Assembly: GCA_037131105.1 (NCBI GenBank)
Contig: JBAXRQ010000001.1
Location: 830,217-894,216, forward strand
From: a bacterium
GTDB lineage: Bacteria > Patescibacteriota > UBA1384 > CAILIB01
Direction: 5' to 3'
Length of the DNA stretch: 64,000 nt
In this document: positions 13,001-23,154 of the stretch, piece after piece
Layout: every line of letters begins with the position of its first letter
How positions within the stretch are numbered: position 1 is the first letter of the stretch
Program-made: the position numbers and the translations under genes
The notes under the pieces: model-generated
Databases searched by the model: none
The model's input: only the letters and a program-made list of their open reading frames with translations
Told to the model about the DNA's origin: nothing

Positions 13001-14194
13001 TTATTTACCGGTGAGGTGACCGCAGAGGACGACCAGCCCATTATCCAGCTGCATAGCCCAGGCATTGCCATAACCGCCGTACCACGCATTCAGGATCACT
13101 CGTCCGTCCGCCGGCGCGTGCACCGCCTCACCGTATGGCCCCGCCAGGTCAATACCGGTATGCATGGACCCGCCATAGGCACCCGACTTCGCATAGCCGG
13201 TCCAGCCAAAGCCCTGGGTAATGATAAAGCTGCTGATCGGCCAGCTGAGTGTACCTTTGTTGACGTAGGGCTGCGGATTGACCGGCTGGTCATTCAGTCG
13301 GACCTCGAAGTGGACGTGAGGACCAGTTGAATTTCCGGTGCTTCCCTCATGTCCGATGATGTCGCCGCGGTGCACCCGGCCGCCCACTCCTGGACCGTTG
13401 ATAGCGCCTCCGATGCTGGCCTTCTTAATAGCGGCGCTCAAAGCAGCCGAGATCTGGTTCTCAATCTGCTGCTCCTGGATACGAGCAGCCTTAGCCTTAG
13501 CTTCCAACGCCGCTTCGGCCGCCGTGGCATTGTCCCGCAGCTGTGCCTGCTGGTCTTGGATATCAGCAAGGCTCACCTGCTGTTCCTGCTGGGCGTTCTG
13601 CTGGTCATTTAAGTCTTGGCTCTTCTTGACCAGCTGGTTGCGAACCCCCTCCACCTGCTTTTTGGAAGCAAGGTACTTGTCATTGACGCTGTCCAAAGAT
13701 TTCTTAAGCACCTGGAGCTCCTGCTGGTCCTGCTGCTTTTTGCTAATGGATTGGCTCGAGAAGAGGTTGAGATCGTCGGGATGGCCGACCCAATAGATAT
13801 AGAGGGCTCTTACCAGAGCGTTCTGCTGGTCTTTTACCGTCCGCATCTGTGCCTCCAAAGCGTCGACTTCTTGGTTCTTCTCATTAATCTGCGTCTGAGT
13901 GTCGCTCAGCTGCCCCCTAGTGGAGTCAATGCTCTCCTTTAGGACGCCGATCTGACCAGCCACCTGGGCAATCTTGTCAGTGGCCCTGTCCGCCAGGCTT
14001 TTCTTAGCATCTGCCTGCTGTTGGGCCTGCTGGGCCTGCTTCAAGAGGTCGAGCTGCTTCTGCTTCAGGGCGTCTACGGTACTAGCAGCGTGGGCAGTGG
14101 GCACAGAAGAGATATTCCGCACGGGAACCCCATAGGCCAGAGAGACCAGGGTCAGGACGGTGATGAGGGAGAGGGCACGGACTGGTACCTTCAT
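13001..14194 (-). CDS. Coiled-coil M23 (LytM) metallopeptidase, EnvC/RipC-like
   Basis: Signal peptide, a long Q/K-rich coiled coil, and a C-terminal HxxxD...HVHFEV LytM domain. Lies next to ftsEX. Confidence 0.85.
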   Translation of the reverse strand: MKVPVRALSLITVLTLVSLAYGVPVRNISSVPTAHAASTVDALKQKQLDLLKQAQQAQQQADAKKSLADRATDKIAQVAGQIGVLKESIDSTRGQLSDTQTQINEKNQEVDALEAQMRTVKDQQNALVRALYIYWVGHPDDLNLFSSQSISKKQQDQQELQVLKKSLDSVNDKYLASKKQVEGVRNQLVKKSQDLNDQQNAQQEQQVSLADIQDQQAQLRDNATAAEAALEAKAKAARIQEQQIENQISAALSAAIKKASIGGAINGPGVGGRVHRGDIIGHEGSTGNSTGPHVHFEVRLNDQPVNPQPYVNKGTLSWPISSFIITQGFGWTGYAKSGAYGGSMHTGIDLAGPYGEAVHAPADGRVILNAWYGGYGNAWAMQLDNGLVVLCGHLTGK

Positions 14195-14221
14195 ATGGTG
14201 AGATAGTATAGGTCGGAACTG

Positions 14222-15172
14222 CTACTCTTTCAGATAGCGGCGCACCGCCATTGAGCTGCAGAGTACGCCCAGCAGCAGCCCAACACCCAGCTGCAAGGCA
14301 AATAATTCCAAGAAAATGACATTCAGACCACCAGTATTGGTAATGCCCCCCAGGCTAGTGCCAAATAGATCGGTGACAAAATTTGAGGTCTGTGAGGAAA
14401 AGCTGGACTGCAGGAGGCTACGCAGCTGCAGCAGGAAGGCCCAGGAGAGCACACCCGATATCAGGGCTCCCAACACTCCGAAGAGCACACCTTCTATCAG
14501 GAAGGGACCTCGTATGAAGCCACGGGTGGCACCTACCAGACGCATTACCTCAATCTCCTCACGGCGGGCATAGATGGCCAGCCGGATAGTGTTGAGGATG
14601 ACTAGAATGGCAATCATTACGAAGAAACCTGTGAAGGAAAGGCCGAAGACCTTGAAGAAGTTGGTCAGCCTGACGTAGGTAGTAATCAGATCCTTGTTGT
14701 CCTGATAACTGGTTTTGTCCACCACCTGCTTGTAGCGGTCCTGACGGATAAAGCTATCAAACTGGTCGATCTGACCAGGATCCTTGAACCTGACATCAAT
14801 CTCACGGGGCAGCGGGTTGTTGTCGCTGGTGATGATACCCTTCAGACTCTCGATGTTTTTGAAGAAGGTGTCGAAACGGGCCCTCACGTCCTCCTTACTC
14901 AGATAGGTGCTCGCCGCCACTTCGGAGCGTGCCGTAACCTGGTCCCGCAACTGAGTAACGTCAGCATCACTGGCCGAATCCTTGATAAAGACATTATAGT
15001 CGATACGGTCGTTGAACTCCTGGTACTTCTTGTTGGCTACCACATCACCGACCGCGAAAATACTGATCGTAGTGATAGTCAGGGTCATCGTAATAATGGC
15101 GATGATCGAGAGCCAGATATTACGCCTGAACCCCTGGACCCCGTACAGCAGTATGCGGAAAATAGCATTCAT
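14222..15172 (-). CDS. ftsX: Cell division permease FtsX
   Basis: 316 aa, four TM segments and a large extracytoplasmic loop. Downstream of ftsE. Confidence 0.85.
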   Translation of the reverse strand: MNAIFRILLYGVQGFRRNIWLSIIAIITMTLTITTISIFAVGDVVANKKYQEFNDRIDYNVFIKDSASDADVTQLRDQVTARSEVAASTYLSKEDVRARFDTFFKNIESLKGIITSDNNPLPREIDVRFKDPGQIDQFDSFIRQDRYKQVVDKTSYQDNKDLITTYVRLTNFFKVFGLSFTGFFVMIAILVILNTIRLAIYARREEIEVMRLVGATRGFIRGPFLIEGVLFGVLGALISGVLSWAFLLQLRSLLQSSFSSQTSNFVTDLFGTSLGGITNTGGLNVIFLELFALQLGVGLLLGVLCSSMAVRRYLKE

Positions 15173-15333
15173 CGTTGGGTAGCGTTATTCTCAGAGACTT
15201 TGCATAGTCCTAAGGAATACTTTTGAGACGTATCCCGGAGGGATATGACTATATAGTTTTCCTTGAGTCGATCAGTATTCATTGGGACTATGTAAGGTCG
15301 ATTTTCATTGAGTCGAACAGCTATTTTTGGCAG

Positions 15334-16152
15334 TCATACTAAATATGTCCCTTTTTCCTGATCACTCACCACCTGACCCGCCCGCATCGTAATAACCCGC
15401 TTCTTCAGCGCGTCCACAATCTCGCGGTCATGAGTCGCCAACACCACCATGGTCCCCGACTTGTTGATCTTAAACAGCAGCTCGATGATTTCCCAGGTGT
15501 TCACAGGATCAAGGTTACCAGTCGGCTCGTCAGCGATCAGGATTTTCGGATCATGTACCAAGGCCCGGGCTATGGCCGCGCGCTGCTGCTCACCACCTGA
15601 CAGTTCGTTGGGGAAGCTGTCCGATTTGGAGGACATACCCACCGTCTCAAGCATGATACGCACCCGCTCGCGGATCTCACGGCGACTAACATTTGAGACT
15701 TCGAGGGCGAAGGCCACGTTCTCATAGACGGTCTTGGAAGGAAGCAGCTTGAAGTCCTGAAATACTATACCCACTTTGCGACGGTAATAGGGCAACTCGC
15801 GATCTCGCAATAGGGTAATATCTCTCCCTGCTACGATGATACGGCCTTCCTCGGGACGCTCCTGGAGAGTAATACATTTGATGAGGGTGGACTTGCCGGC
15901 ACCACTGGGTCCCACTACGCTCAAAAACTCTCCCTTATAAAACTTGAGGGAGACATGGTCGAGAACCAGATGATTCTCATAACTTTTGACAATGTCACGG
16001 AACTCAATGAGCACCGGACGAGAGGGGACTGTGTCGATGACTTTGGCACGCGGCTTAGCGCGACCCAAAACCCCTACCAGACGGCGATCTTTGGCGGCCG
16101 GCTTGGGAGTGGAAGCAGCAGGTTCTTTAACGGAAGCTTCTTCATCAGGCAT
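15334..16152 (-). CDS. ftsE: Cell division ATP-binding protein FtsE
   Basis: ABC ATPase with Walker [10 protein letters not shown] and signature LSGGEQQR. Confidence 0.9.
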   Translation of the reverse strand: MPDEEASVKEPAASTPKPAAKDRRLVGVLGRAKPRAKVIDTVPSRPVLIEFRDIVKSYENHLVLDHVSLKFYKGEFLSVVGPSGAGKSTLIKCITLQERPEEGRIIVAGRDITLLRDRELPYYRRKVGIVFQDFKLLPSKTVYENVAFALEVSNVSRREIRERVRIMLETVGMSSKSDSFPNELSGGEQQRAAIARALVHDPKILIADEPTGNLDPVNTWEIIELLFKINKSGTMVVLATHDREIVDALKKRVITMRAGQVVSDQEKGTYLV

Positions 16153-16237
16153 GAACCCATACTAGCACGAGGAGGGGTAGACTTTCCAGTCTTGACGGAG
16201 CCAAAAAAGAAGCATTCTTGTTTACTGGAGCATAGTA

Positions 16238-16960
16238 CTACTCTCTTTCTAGGAAAGGTTGAACTAGTCCCCTCGCCTCATCAATATCCTTGACCCAAAT
16301 CAGGTCAGAATGCCGCCGCCACCAGGTGTACTGCCTCTTGATAAACTGATCAGTGGCTATGGCCGTTTTCTCGCGAGCTGCTTCCAAAGAAATCTCACCG
16401 ATCAAATAGGAGCTGAAGTATCGGTATTCAATACCACATGACCGCAGCCAGTCCGGACACACCCCCTCATCCAGCAATCCCTGCACCTCCTCGACTAGTC
16501 CTTGGTCAATCCGCTGATCTAACCTGACTCTGGCCCGGCGCTTCAGCTCGTCCCGGGGGATATCGATGGCCAGTTTCAATGACTGGTAGCGAGGCTTTTT
16601 TTCCTTGGTGCCGGGTCCTCCAAAGACATACCCTTCAAGTACCGATTCGGCATAGAGGCCGCTACCCCCGACGAGTATCGGCAACTTCTGCTCAACCAGC
16701 AGCCGATCGATCACTTCATAGGCCAACGCCTGGTAATCGCCCACCGTGATCTTTTCGCCTGGCTCCCGGATATCCAACAGGTGCTGGGGGACATCCAGGT
16801 CCTTCTCCTTGGCTGTGCCGATATCCATCCCTCTATATACCTGCTTGGCGTCGGCCGAGACGATCTCCCCACCGAATTCTTTTGCCAGAAAAGCGCCCAG
16901 GGCGGTCTTACCCGAGGCGGTAGGTCCAACGACAGCAATGATCTTAGGCAAGGTGGGCAT
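16238..16960 (-). CDS. miaA: tRNA dimethylallyltransferase
   Basis: P-loop GPTASGKT. The ORF track runs to 17131, but the conserved N-terminus starts at MPTLPKIIAV. Confidence 0.85.
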   Translation of the reverse strand: MPTLPKIIAVVGPTASGKTALGAFLAKEFGGEIVSADAKQVYRGMDIGTAKEKDLDVPQHLLDIREPGEKITVGDYQALAYEVIDRLLVEQKLPILVGGSGLYAESVLEGYVFGGPGTKEKKPRYQSLKLAIDIPRDELKRRARVRLDQRIDQGLVEEVQGLLDEGVCPDWLRSCGIEYRYFSSYLIGEISLEAAREKTAIATDQFIKRQYTWWRRHSDLIWVKDIDEARGLVQPFLERE

Positions 16961-17573
16961 GGTCGTTCCAGGAAACCAGTTTCCAGCCGGCCGTCGGGTC
17001 GTAACTAAACTCACTGATCCCGGTATTCCTGATTCCGGCATGCCAATATATAGAAGCATAGTCGGTAGGACCGTAACCGTCTCCGAGCAATACCTTCCCC
17101 AGCAGTACCTTGGTGAACAGCTCGTGACCAAAGGCCAGCACTGTCTCTTGTTGTAATGAAACCATAGAGGCCAGGCACTGCTCAGCCCGCTTATTCAGAT
17201 CGGCGAAATTCTCTTCGTCACTATGGTGCCATTCGAGATCGGCTACCCGCTCCCACATCTCGCTTACCACGGCAATGGCCTCAGGATCAGCATAAGCCTT
17301 CCCCACTAGAAGGCTGGGCTTGCCGCATTCGGCTAAGAGGTCAGTGGTAGTAACTGGCACATTCAAACGGGCGGCAGTAGGCTCAGCCGTCTGCATCGCT
17401 CGGACGAAGGGACTGGACAGAATAATAGTTGGTCGCAGATGTGCCAAAGCACCGACAAGTGTATCCGCCTGCTGAAATCCAAGCGCGGAGAGGGGAGTGT
17501 CCCACCGCTGATATACCTTGGCGGCTATGGAGTCAGTCTCCCCGTGCCTGACCATAATGACTCTCGTACTCAT
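16944..17573 (-). CDS. Histidine phosphatase family protein (phosphoglycerate-mutase-like)
   Basis: N-terminal RHG motif (VRHGET). Confidence 0.75.
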   Translation of the reverse strand: MSTRVIMVRHGETDSIAAKVYQRWDTPLSALGFQQADTLVGALAHLRPTIILSSPFVRAMQTAEPTAARLNVPVTTTDLLAECGKPSLLVGKAYADPEAIAVVSEMWERVADLEWHHSDEENFADLNKRAEQCLASMVSLQQETVLAFGHELFTKVLLGKVLLGDGYGPTDYASIYWHAGIRNTGISEFSYDPTAGWKLVSWNDHAHLA

Positions 17574-17672
17574 ATCCCTACCCTAGGCGAAATCCCGGTT
17601 CCACGCAAGAAACCACAGCAAGGAAACCGCCCTATGGCGGCTCCCTTATGTGTATCAGCATATTCCCCCTCT

Positions 17673-17816
17673 TTAGAGGTCCTCGTCGTAATAATCCTTG
17701 AAGTCGTCCAATGTCTCCACAGCCTTCCCCTCGGCTTCCTTAACCTTCTCCTTCACATCGTCTTTAGTTTCCTCATAGCGACGACGGGCCTTGTCAATTA
17801 CTTCATGTGTGGTCAT
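17673..17816 (-). CDS. Small acidic hypothetical protein (47 aa)
   Basis: ATG preceded by a perfect AAGGAGGAA Shine-Dalgarno. The longer 154-aa ORF in the track is an upstream extension with no RBS. Confidence 0.5.
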   Translation of the reverse strand: MTTHEVIDKARRRYEETKDDVKEKVKEAEGKAVETLDDFKDYYDEDL

Positions 17817-17883
17817 GAGATTCCTCCTTGGGTTAGCTTTGTAAAGTAGTGTTACTATACTGCGGCGGCAAAGGAGATGCCGT

Positions 17884-18168
17884 ATGCTGGCCCACGATCC
17901 GGGTACAGCTATTGACTTTTTCTCTGAAAAGAAGTTAACTAGTGTCATTTCGCAGGAGAGAGGAGCCATTTTGAAAAGCAAGCACCACGTCAAGCCCGAG
18001 CCCAGGAAAGGGTCCTTGGGCCATAGTTTGGCCATTATCTTGGCAGCAGTTTTCCTTGTCGGTATTTCCATCCTACTGATCATCCCCAAAGATCGGCTGG
18101 AACAATACCAGGAGTGGAGGCCGATAAGCCGGCTCATCCACCCCCCTTACTTCCACGACGGCCAATAG
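17884..18168 (+). CDS. Small membrane protein
   Basis: AAGGAG RBS, one TM helix, and an intrinsic terminator directly downstream. Confidence 0.5.
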   Translation: MLAHDPGTAIDFFSEKKLTSVISQERGAILKSKHHVKPEPRKGSLGHSLAIILAAVFLVGISILLIIPKDRLEQYQEWRPISRLIHPPYFHDGQ

Positions 18169-18187
18169 GCCATCGCACACCTTGGAC

Positions 18188-18220
18188 CGCCCGCAGATTG
18201 CTGCGGGCGTTTCTCGTTTA
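18188..18220 (+). terminator. Rho-independent terminator
   Basis: CGCCCGCAG-attg-CTGCGGGCG stem followed by a T-rich tract. Confidence 0.6.
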
Positions 18221-18318
18221 TTAGGGCCTGGTAGGAACGAAGGAGGATGGCTAACCGCATACATGTACCATAGTCAAACTGCATCCTTTCCGGTATAGTA
18301 AACTTCAGTCCGACCCCT

Positions 18319-18402
18319 GCCGGGGTGGTGGAATGGTAGACACGCTAGCCTTAGGAGCTAGTGCCGCAAGGCGTGAAGGTTCGAGTCCTTTCCCCGGTAC
18401 CA
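18319..18402 (+). tRNA. tRNA-Leu (anticodon TAG)
   Basis: Cloverleaf by eye. Acceptor GCCGGGG/CCCCGGU, anticodon loop CUUAGGA, long variable arm, T-loop GGTTCGAGTCC, encoded CCA. Confidence 0.85.
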
Positions 18403-18410
18403 AACAAAAG

Positions 18411-18436
18411 AGACCAACGTAGTTGGCCTTTTTTGT
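18411..18436. terminator. Weak bidirectional hairpin terminator
   Basis: GACCAAC-gta-GTTGGCC with T-runs on both strands. Sits between tRNA-Leu and the comEA stop. Confidence 0.35.
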
Positions 18437-18459
18437 TCCGCTTCATTAAAGTGACGCTA

Positions 18460-19134
18460 CTATACCGTCACCTTGTCCTTGAACTTGGCCAGGGTGGCCG
18501 GACCGATGCCTGATACATTTAGTAGATCGTCGGCCGACTTGTAAGGGCCGTTCTTTTCCCGGTAGGCCACTATGCGCTGGGCGTATGTGGGCCCGATGCC
18601 AGGCAAGGCGTCCAGCTGGACGGCCGTAGCAGTATTAATGTTGATCAGGCCGTTGTCTTGAGGAGTATCAGAGACTGGGCTACTAGTGATATCGATAGGG
18701 GAAGTATCTGCCGCATCCACACTCACGCCCGCCTGTCGCAAGGCTGCCAGCCACTCAGTCTGTCGCCTCTGTAAGAGCGCCCGGCCAGCCGCCACTTCGG
18801 AGGTGGCATTCTTCAGCTGGTCCTGAGCCGAGGCCACCGCGTCCTGCGAACGACTGATCTGCTGGCTCTGCCCGGCCACCTGCGCTTCAAGTCGGTTCAC
18901 CCGTTCTAGCAGCGTCTTCAGCGGATCGGCCGTCGGCGGGGGACTTGGCACGCTCTTTGCCACTTCTGGCAGTTGCTCCCCTAGCATCACATGTCGACCT
19001 TGAAAATAACCGTCTTCTGCCAACCCACGCAGCACCGGCACAAACCACACTGCCAGAGAGAGGAGGAGGGTAGCGCCCACCCCGGCTCCCCACCAGACAT
19101 ACTGCCGCTTCCTTAATACCGTAAGTACCCGCAT
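18460..19134 (-). CDS. comEA: ComEA-like DNA-binding competence protein (tandem HhH)
   Basis: TM anchor and C-terminal helix-hairpin-helix repeats (LPGIGPTYAQRIV...VSGIGPATLAKF). Confidence 0.75.
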   Translation of the reverse strand: MRVLTVLRKRQYVWWGAGVGATLLLSLAVWFVPVLRGLAEDGYFQGRHVMLGEQLPEVAKSVPSPPPTADPLKTLLERVNRLEAQVAGQSQQISRSQDAVASAQDQLKNATSEVAAGRALLQRRQTEWLAALRQAGVSVDAADTSPIDITSSPVSDTPQDNGLININTATAVQLDALPGIGPTYAQRIVAYREKNGPYKSADDLLNVSGIGPATLAKFKDKVTV

Positions 19135-19191
19135 ATACTGCCGTTACTGCTAGACCCTCCGACAATACGGCGGTCCAGCCCGGCCTTCAAC

Positions 19192-21234
19192 CTATTCCAA
19201 ACTGCCCCAGTCATTGGAATAGGCAGCTCCAGCGTACTCACGCAAAAACTCGGGATTCTTCATAATGTGTTCGTCCACCACTCCCTTCACCTTCCTCAGG
19301 AAATCGAGGTCAGTGAGTGAGGCCATACGGAAGTCGGGGAGTCCCGACTGCACATTTCCGGACAGCTCCCCCGGCCCGCGCAACGCAAGGTCCGCCTCCG
19401 CCACTTCGAATCCGCTCTGCGTTCGGGCCAAGGCCTGCATCCGCTGCTCGATCTTCTCCCCCCGCAGGGTAGGGCAGAGGAAGCAGTATGACTGGGCGGC
19501 ACCGCGGCCTACCCGGCCCCGGAACTGGTGCAGCTGGGCCAGGCCGAAATGCTCGGCTCCTTCTATAAGCATGACCGTGGCATTAGGCACGTCCACCCCC
19601 ACCTCAATGACAGAAGTAGCTACCAGAGTATTAATCTCCCCTCTAGCCATTCGCTCCATGATCTCCCGTTTCTGATTTCCTTTCAGCCGCCCGTGGATGG
19701 CTTCTATAGTACCAAGCTCAGGAAACTCCTTACGCAGCCGCTCCACCTCAGCCAGTACGGTCTTCTTCGACCGGGCTTCCTGTTCTTCTTCAGTCAATAT
19801 TACGAACTGGCCGTCCTCAGCCGCCGCCTTTCTGGGCTTCTCCTCGATTAGGGGACAGATGACGAATGCCTGGTGCCCAGCCTTGATCTCCTCAGCCACC
19901 ACCTTGTACATCTCGGCCCGCTGGTTGGGATGGATCACTTGCGTCTCAATAGGTAAGCGACCGGCGGGCTTTTCCGGCAGCACCGAAACCTCCAAGTCGC
20001 CATACAGGGCGAGAGCCAGCGTGCGAGGAATCGGCGTCGCCGTCATGGAAAGCAAATGCGGCGGCAGCTCCTGCTGGCCGCGCAATACTTGTCGCTGCTT
20101 CACTCCGAACCGGTGCTGCTCATCCACTACTACCAAAGCAAGACGGGGGAGACTCACCCCCTCCTGCAGCAAGGCATGGGTACCGACGATGATATCCGCC
20201 TCCTCTATGTCATCCTTCTGCGAGGCGGTGTACGTGGCCACCCTAGCCCCCGCCACCTTCAAAAGGCCCTGGATACTCTGGGAATGTTGCTTTGCCAGTA
20301 TCTCTGTAGGTGCTAATATTACGCTCTGGTAGCCTGATTTTGCCACCAAAGCAGCTACCAGGGCCGCAACGGCAGTCTTACCAGATCCCACATCGCCATT
20401 TACTAGGCGGGTCATGGGGTGGCCTTCGGCGAGATCCTTGGCCGCATCCCAAATGGCTCGCTTTTGGCCGTCAGTCAAAGAAAAGGGGAGAGACGCCACT
20501 ACTCGGCGTAGCCATTCGACATCAGTCTCAATGACGATGCCCTTTTCTACTTTCACCGAGGTGCGGGCGAGAGCCATGCGGGTAAAGAACCAGAATACTT
20601 CCTCAAATGCCAGCTGCGGTTTCAAGTTATCCACATCCTCTACTTTTTCTGGCTGATGAAGAGTCCTCAATAAATCCGACTGCTCACAAAGCCCGTGAGC
20701 GGCTCGAACGGCCTCGGGCAGGGCGCCAGTACCTAGGTCGGCGTTTTTCAAACACCAGTCAATGTACCCGCGCAGCATCCGCGAAGTGACTCCCTTGGTC
20801 TGCGCGTAAATTGCCAGGACGCGAGGGGAGTCTTCTATGATCGGCGACATCATCACCGTTTCGCCTTGGAAGCGTTCGGCGGTTCCGATCAGCAGCCACT
20901 GGCTCCCCGGCTGTAATTTTTCTTTTAAAAAACTTTGGTGAAACCAGCGGGCGAGTAGACGACCTCCTTCCCCGTCCTCAAAGACAACTTCCAGCATGGG
21001 AATATTTCTCGCCTTACTCCGTCTGGCGTTACTCGACACCACCGTCACCTCTGTTGCGGCAAGCCTACCATACGGCAAGCGCGAGACAGGTAACGGGTTA
21101 GAGGCATCCAAGTAATCGCGAGGAAACCACCTCAAAAGTTCGGTAATTGTTCGTATACCTAGACGATCGAGGTTTTCAGCGATTTTATCACCTACACCAG
21201 GTATTATTGTGACAGAGGCCTCTTGAGTAGTCAT
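19192..21234 (-). CDS. recG: ATP-dependent DNA helicase RecG
   Basis: 680 aa with wedge domain and SF2 helicase motifs (GDVGSGKT, DEQHRFG). Confidence 0.9.
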   Translation of the reverse strand: MTTQEASVTIIPGVGDKIAENLDRLGIRTITELLRWFPRDYLDASNPLPVSRLPYGRLAATEVTVVSSNARRSKARNIPMLEVVFEDGEGGRLLARWFHQSFLKEKLQPGSQWLLIGTAERFQGETVMMSPIIEDSPRVLAIYAQTKGVTSRMLRGYIDWCLKNADLGTGALPEAVRAAHGLCEQSDLLRTLHQPEKVEDVDNLKPQLAFEEVFWFFTRMALARTSVKVEKGIVIETDVEWLRRVVASLPFSLTDGQKRAIWDAAKDLAEGHPMTRLVNGDVGSGKTAVAALVAALVAKSGYQSVILAPTEILAKQHSQSIQGLLKVAGARVATYTASQKDDIEEADIIVGTHALLQEGVSLPRLALVVVDEQHRFGVKQRQVLRGQQELPPHLLSMTATPIPRTLALALYGDLEVSVLPEKPAGRLPIETQVIHPNQRAEMYKVVAEEIKAGHQAFVICPLIEEKPRKAAAEDGQFVILTEEEQEARSKKTVLAEVERLRKEFPELGTIEAIHGRLKGNQKREIMERMARGEINTLVATSVIEVGVDVPNATVMLIEGAEHFGLAQLHQFRGRVGRGAAQSYCFLCPTLRGEKIEQRMQALARTQSGFEVAEADLALRGPGELSGNVQSGLPDFRMASLTDLDFLRKVKGVVDEHIMKNPEFLREYAGAAYSNDWGSLE

Positions 21235-22364
21235 ATATCGATGGTCGTTACAATTCCTCCGCCCACCACTTTGTCACCATCGTAGAGTACTAGCGACTGA
21301 CCAGAGGCTACCGCCCACAGCGGCTCTGCTGTCTTCACTATCAAGCTCCCGTTGGACTCTACGACCTCCCCTACCCCCACCCGTCCCCTCTGCTGATAGC
21401 GAGACTGAGCAGTTAGGTTTGACTTATCAGAGCCATTATCAAACCACCAGCTTTCCAATCTGACACCACAGGTACTAAGCTGCGGATCCTGAGGATCCTC
21501 AGTCAGATACACTTTCTCAGCCTCCTTGTGCAGTACGTATACAGGAGGGACATCACGCCCGTTACGCAGAAACCGATAGGTGCCGTTGTCCATAAGCTCA
21601 CCGGCGCGCTCACCAATGGTGTGATACACAGTACCGGTATGCCGCCCGACCAAGCGCGCAGCAGCCAGTCGTTCCTTAAACGGCTGACCCTCAAACCGAT
21701 AGACCAGCTTCACCTCCCCTGCCCGGACCGGCAGGTGCTCGGCTAAGAACTTCTTTAAATCAATATGCCCGATGAAGCAGATGCCCTGGCTATCCTTCTT
21801 TTTGGCAGTTGGCAGTCCCAGCTCCTCAGCAAGCTTGCGCACCTCTGGTTTGGTCAGCTCCCCCACTGGAAACAGTGACTGCGAGATTTGCTCAGGAGTA
21901 AGGGTCCAGAGAAAATAACTCTGGTCTTTGTTCTCATCCAGGCCTCGCTGCAGATACCAGCGGCCATCCTCCTCCGTCCGGCGCACATAGTGTCCAGTGG
22001 CAATGAAGTCTGCCCCCTGTTTCTTAGCCTCATCCAGGAAGGCCTTGAACTTGATCTCCTTGTTGCACATGACATCAGGATTGGGAGTACGGCCGGCCTC
22101 GTATTCGCGCAGGAAATAGTCCACTACCACCTCCTTATACTCTCGTTCGAAGTTCACTGATCGGAACGGTATGCCCAGCTTCTCGCAGACGGCGGCGGCG
22201 TCAGCCTGATCCTCTTCCCAAGGGCAATCAGTCAGACCCTGGATACTGTCTGGCGACCAGTTCTTCATGAACATCCCCTCCACCTCAAAACCCTGCCGCT
22301 GCAAGAGTGCAGCCGCTACGGATGAGTCGACTCCGCCGGACATGGCCACAATGACCTTCGGCAT
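21231..22364 (-). CDS. mnmA: tRNA 2-thiouridylase
   Basis: PP-loop MSGGVDSS and 377 aa. Confidence 0.9.
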   Translation of the reverse strand: MPKVIVAMSGGVDSSVAAALLQRQGFEVEGMFMKNWSPDSIQGLTDCPWEEDQADAAAVCEKLGIPFRSVNFEREYKEVVVDYFLREYEAGRTPNPDVMCNKEIKFKAFLDEAKKQGADFIATGHYVRRTEEDGRWYLQRGLDENKDQSYFLWTLTPEQISQSLFPVGELTKPEVRKLAEELGLPTAKKKDSQGICFIGHIDLKKFLAEHLPVRAGEVKLVYRFEGQPFKERLAAARLVGRHTGTVYHTIGERAGELMDNGTYRFLRNGRDVPPVYVLHKEAEKVYLTEDPQDPQLSTCGVRLESWWFDNGSDKSNLTAQSRYQQRGRVGVGEVVESNGSLIVKTAEPLWAVASGQSLVLYDGDKVVGGGIVTTIDI

Positions 22365-22365
22365 A

Positions 22366-23154
22366 TTACAATTTAAAGAATCGTTCGGCGTTCTCAGTAG
22401 TGACCCGGTCCACTTCCTCTAGGGAAATCCCCTTCACGTCAGCCACACATTGTGCCACATTCCGTACGTACATAGGCTCGCAGCGAGTACCCCGGAACCC
22501 TTCTGGCGCCAGAAACGGCGAATCAGTCTCTAAGAGCATCTTCTCCAGCGGCACCATGTTCACTATCTCGCGCAAGGCCTCGTTCTTCTTATAGGTAATG
22601 ACCGCGGTAAAGGATATAAAGCAGCTTGCATCTAGCCAAGCCCGAGCCTCCTCCATCGTCCCTGTAAAGCAATGAATAACTGTAGGATGTCCTGGCGCCA
22701 GCTCACCGAGCATCCGGTGACAGTCCACAAAAGCCTCCCGACTGTGTATGATAAGCGGCAGTCCGTTCTTCACGGCAAGAGCTATCATGTCAGCAAACAC
22801 TTCCTGCTGTCTGAGCTTTCGCTGGGCGATCTCCTCGTCGGTCTTACAGTCTTCAAAATGATAATAATCCAGCCCGACCTCGCCCATCGCGACTACGCGT
22901 TTTTCGCCCTCCAACAGATCAGAAAAGACCTTTCTTTCAGCTTCCCCATAGGGGTCGATATGACAGGGGTGTAGGCCCACACAGCCGAAGATCCGCTCAT
23001 CACCAGCGGCCAAGTCCAGCGACGAGACGCTGTCCTCGAGGGTCGTCCCCGGCACCACAAAGCGCCCCACTCCGGCCTCTTCAGCCCGGGCCAGCACCCC
23101 TTCCAAATCCCCCAAGAGATCAGGGAAATTAAGATGGGTATGAGTGTCTATCAT
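22366..23154 (-). CDS. tatD: TatD family metal-dependent hydrolase
   Basis: N-terminal DTHTHL plus the conserved HxxE/D pattern. Confidence 0.85.
   Translation of the reverse strand: MIDTHTHLNFPDLLGDLEGVLARAEEAGVGRFVVPGTTLEDSVSSLDLAAGDERIFGCVGLHPCHIDPYGEAERKVFSDLLEGEKRVVAMGEVGLDYYHFEDCKTDEEIAQRKLRQQEVFADMIALAVKNGLPLIIHSREAFVDCHRMLGELAPGHPTVIHCFTGTMEEARAWLDASCFISFTAVITYKKNEALREIVNMVPLEKMLLETDSPFLAPEGFRGTRCEPMYVRNVAQCVADVKGISLEEVDRVTTENAERFFKL

Noticed and set aside
12890-13330. 146-aa plus-strand ORF starting in repeat element A
   Set aside because: It runs antisense through the M23 peptidase gene. The similarity between copies A and B crosses a stop codon in B, so the conservation is at the nucleotide or RNA level and not protein-coding.
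16961-17131. N-terminal 57-aa extension of miaA in the ORF track
   Set aside because: It overlaps the histidine-phosphatase gene. The conserved MiaA N-terminus (P-loop) begins at the internal Met.
19265-20789. Multiple plus-strand ORFs inside recG
   Set aside because: Shadow ORFs opposite a well-supported helicase gene.
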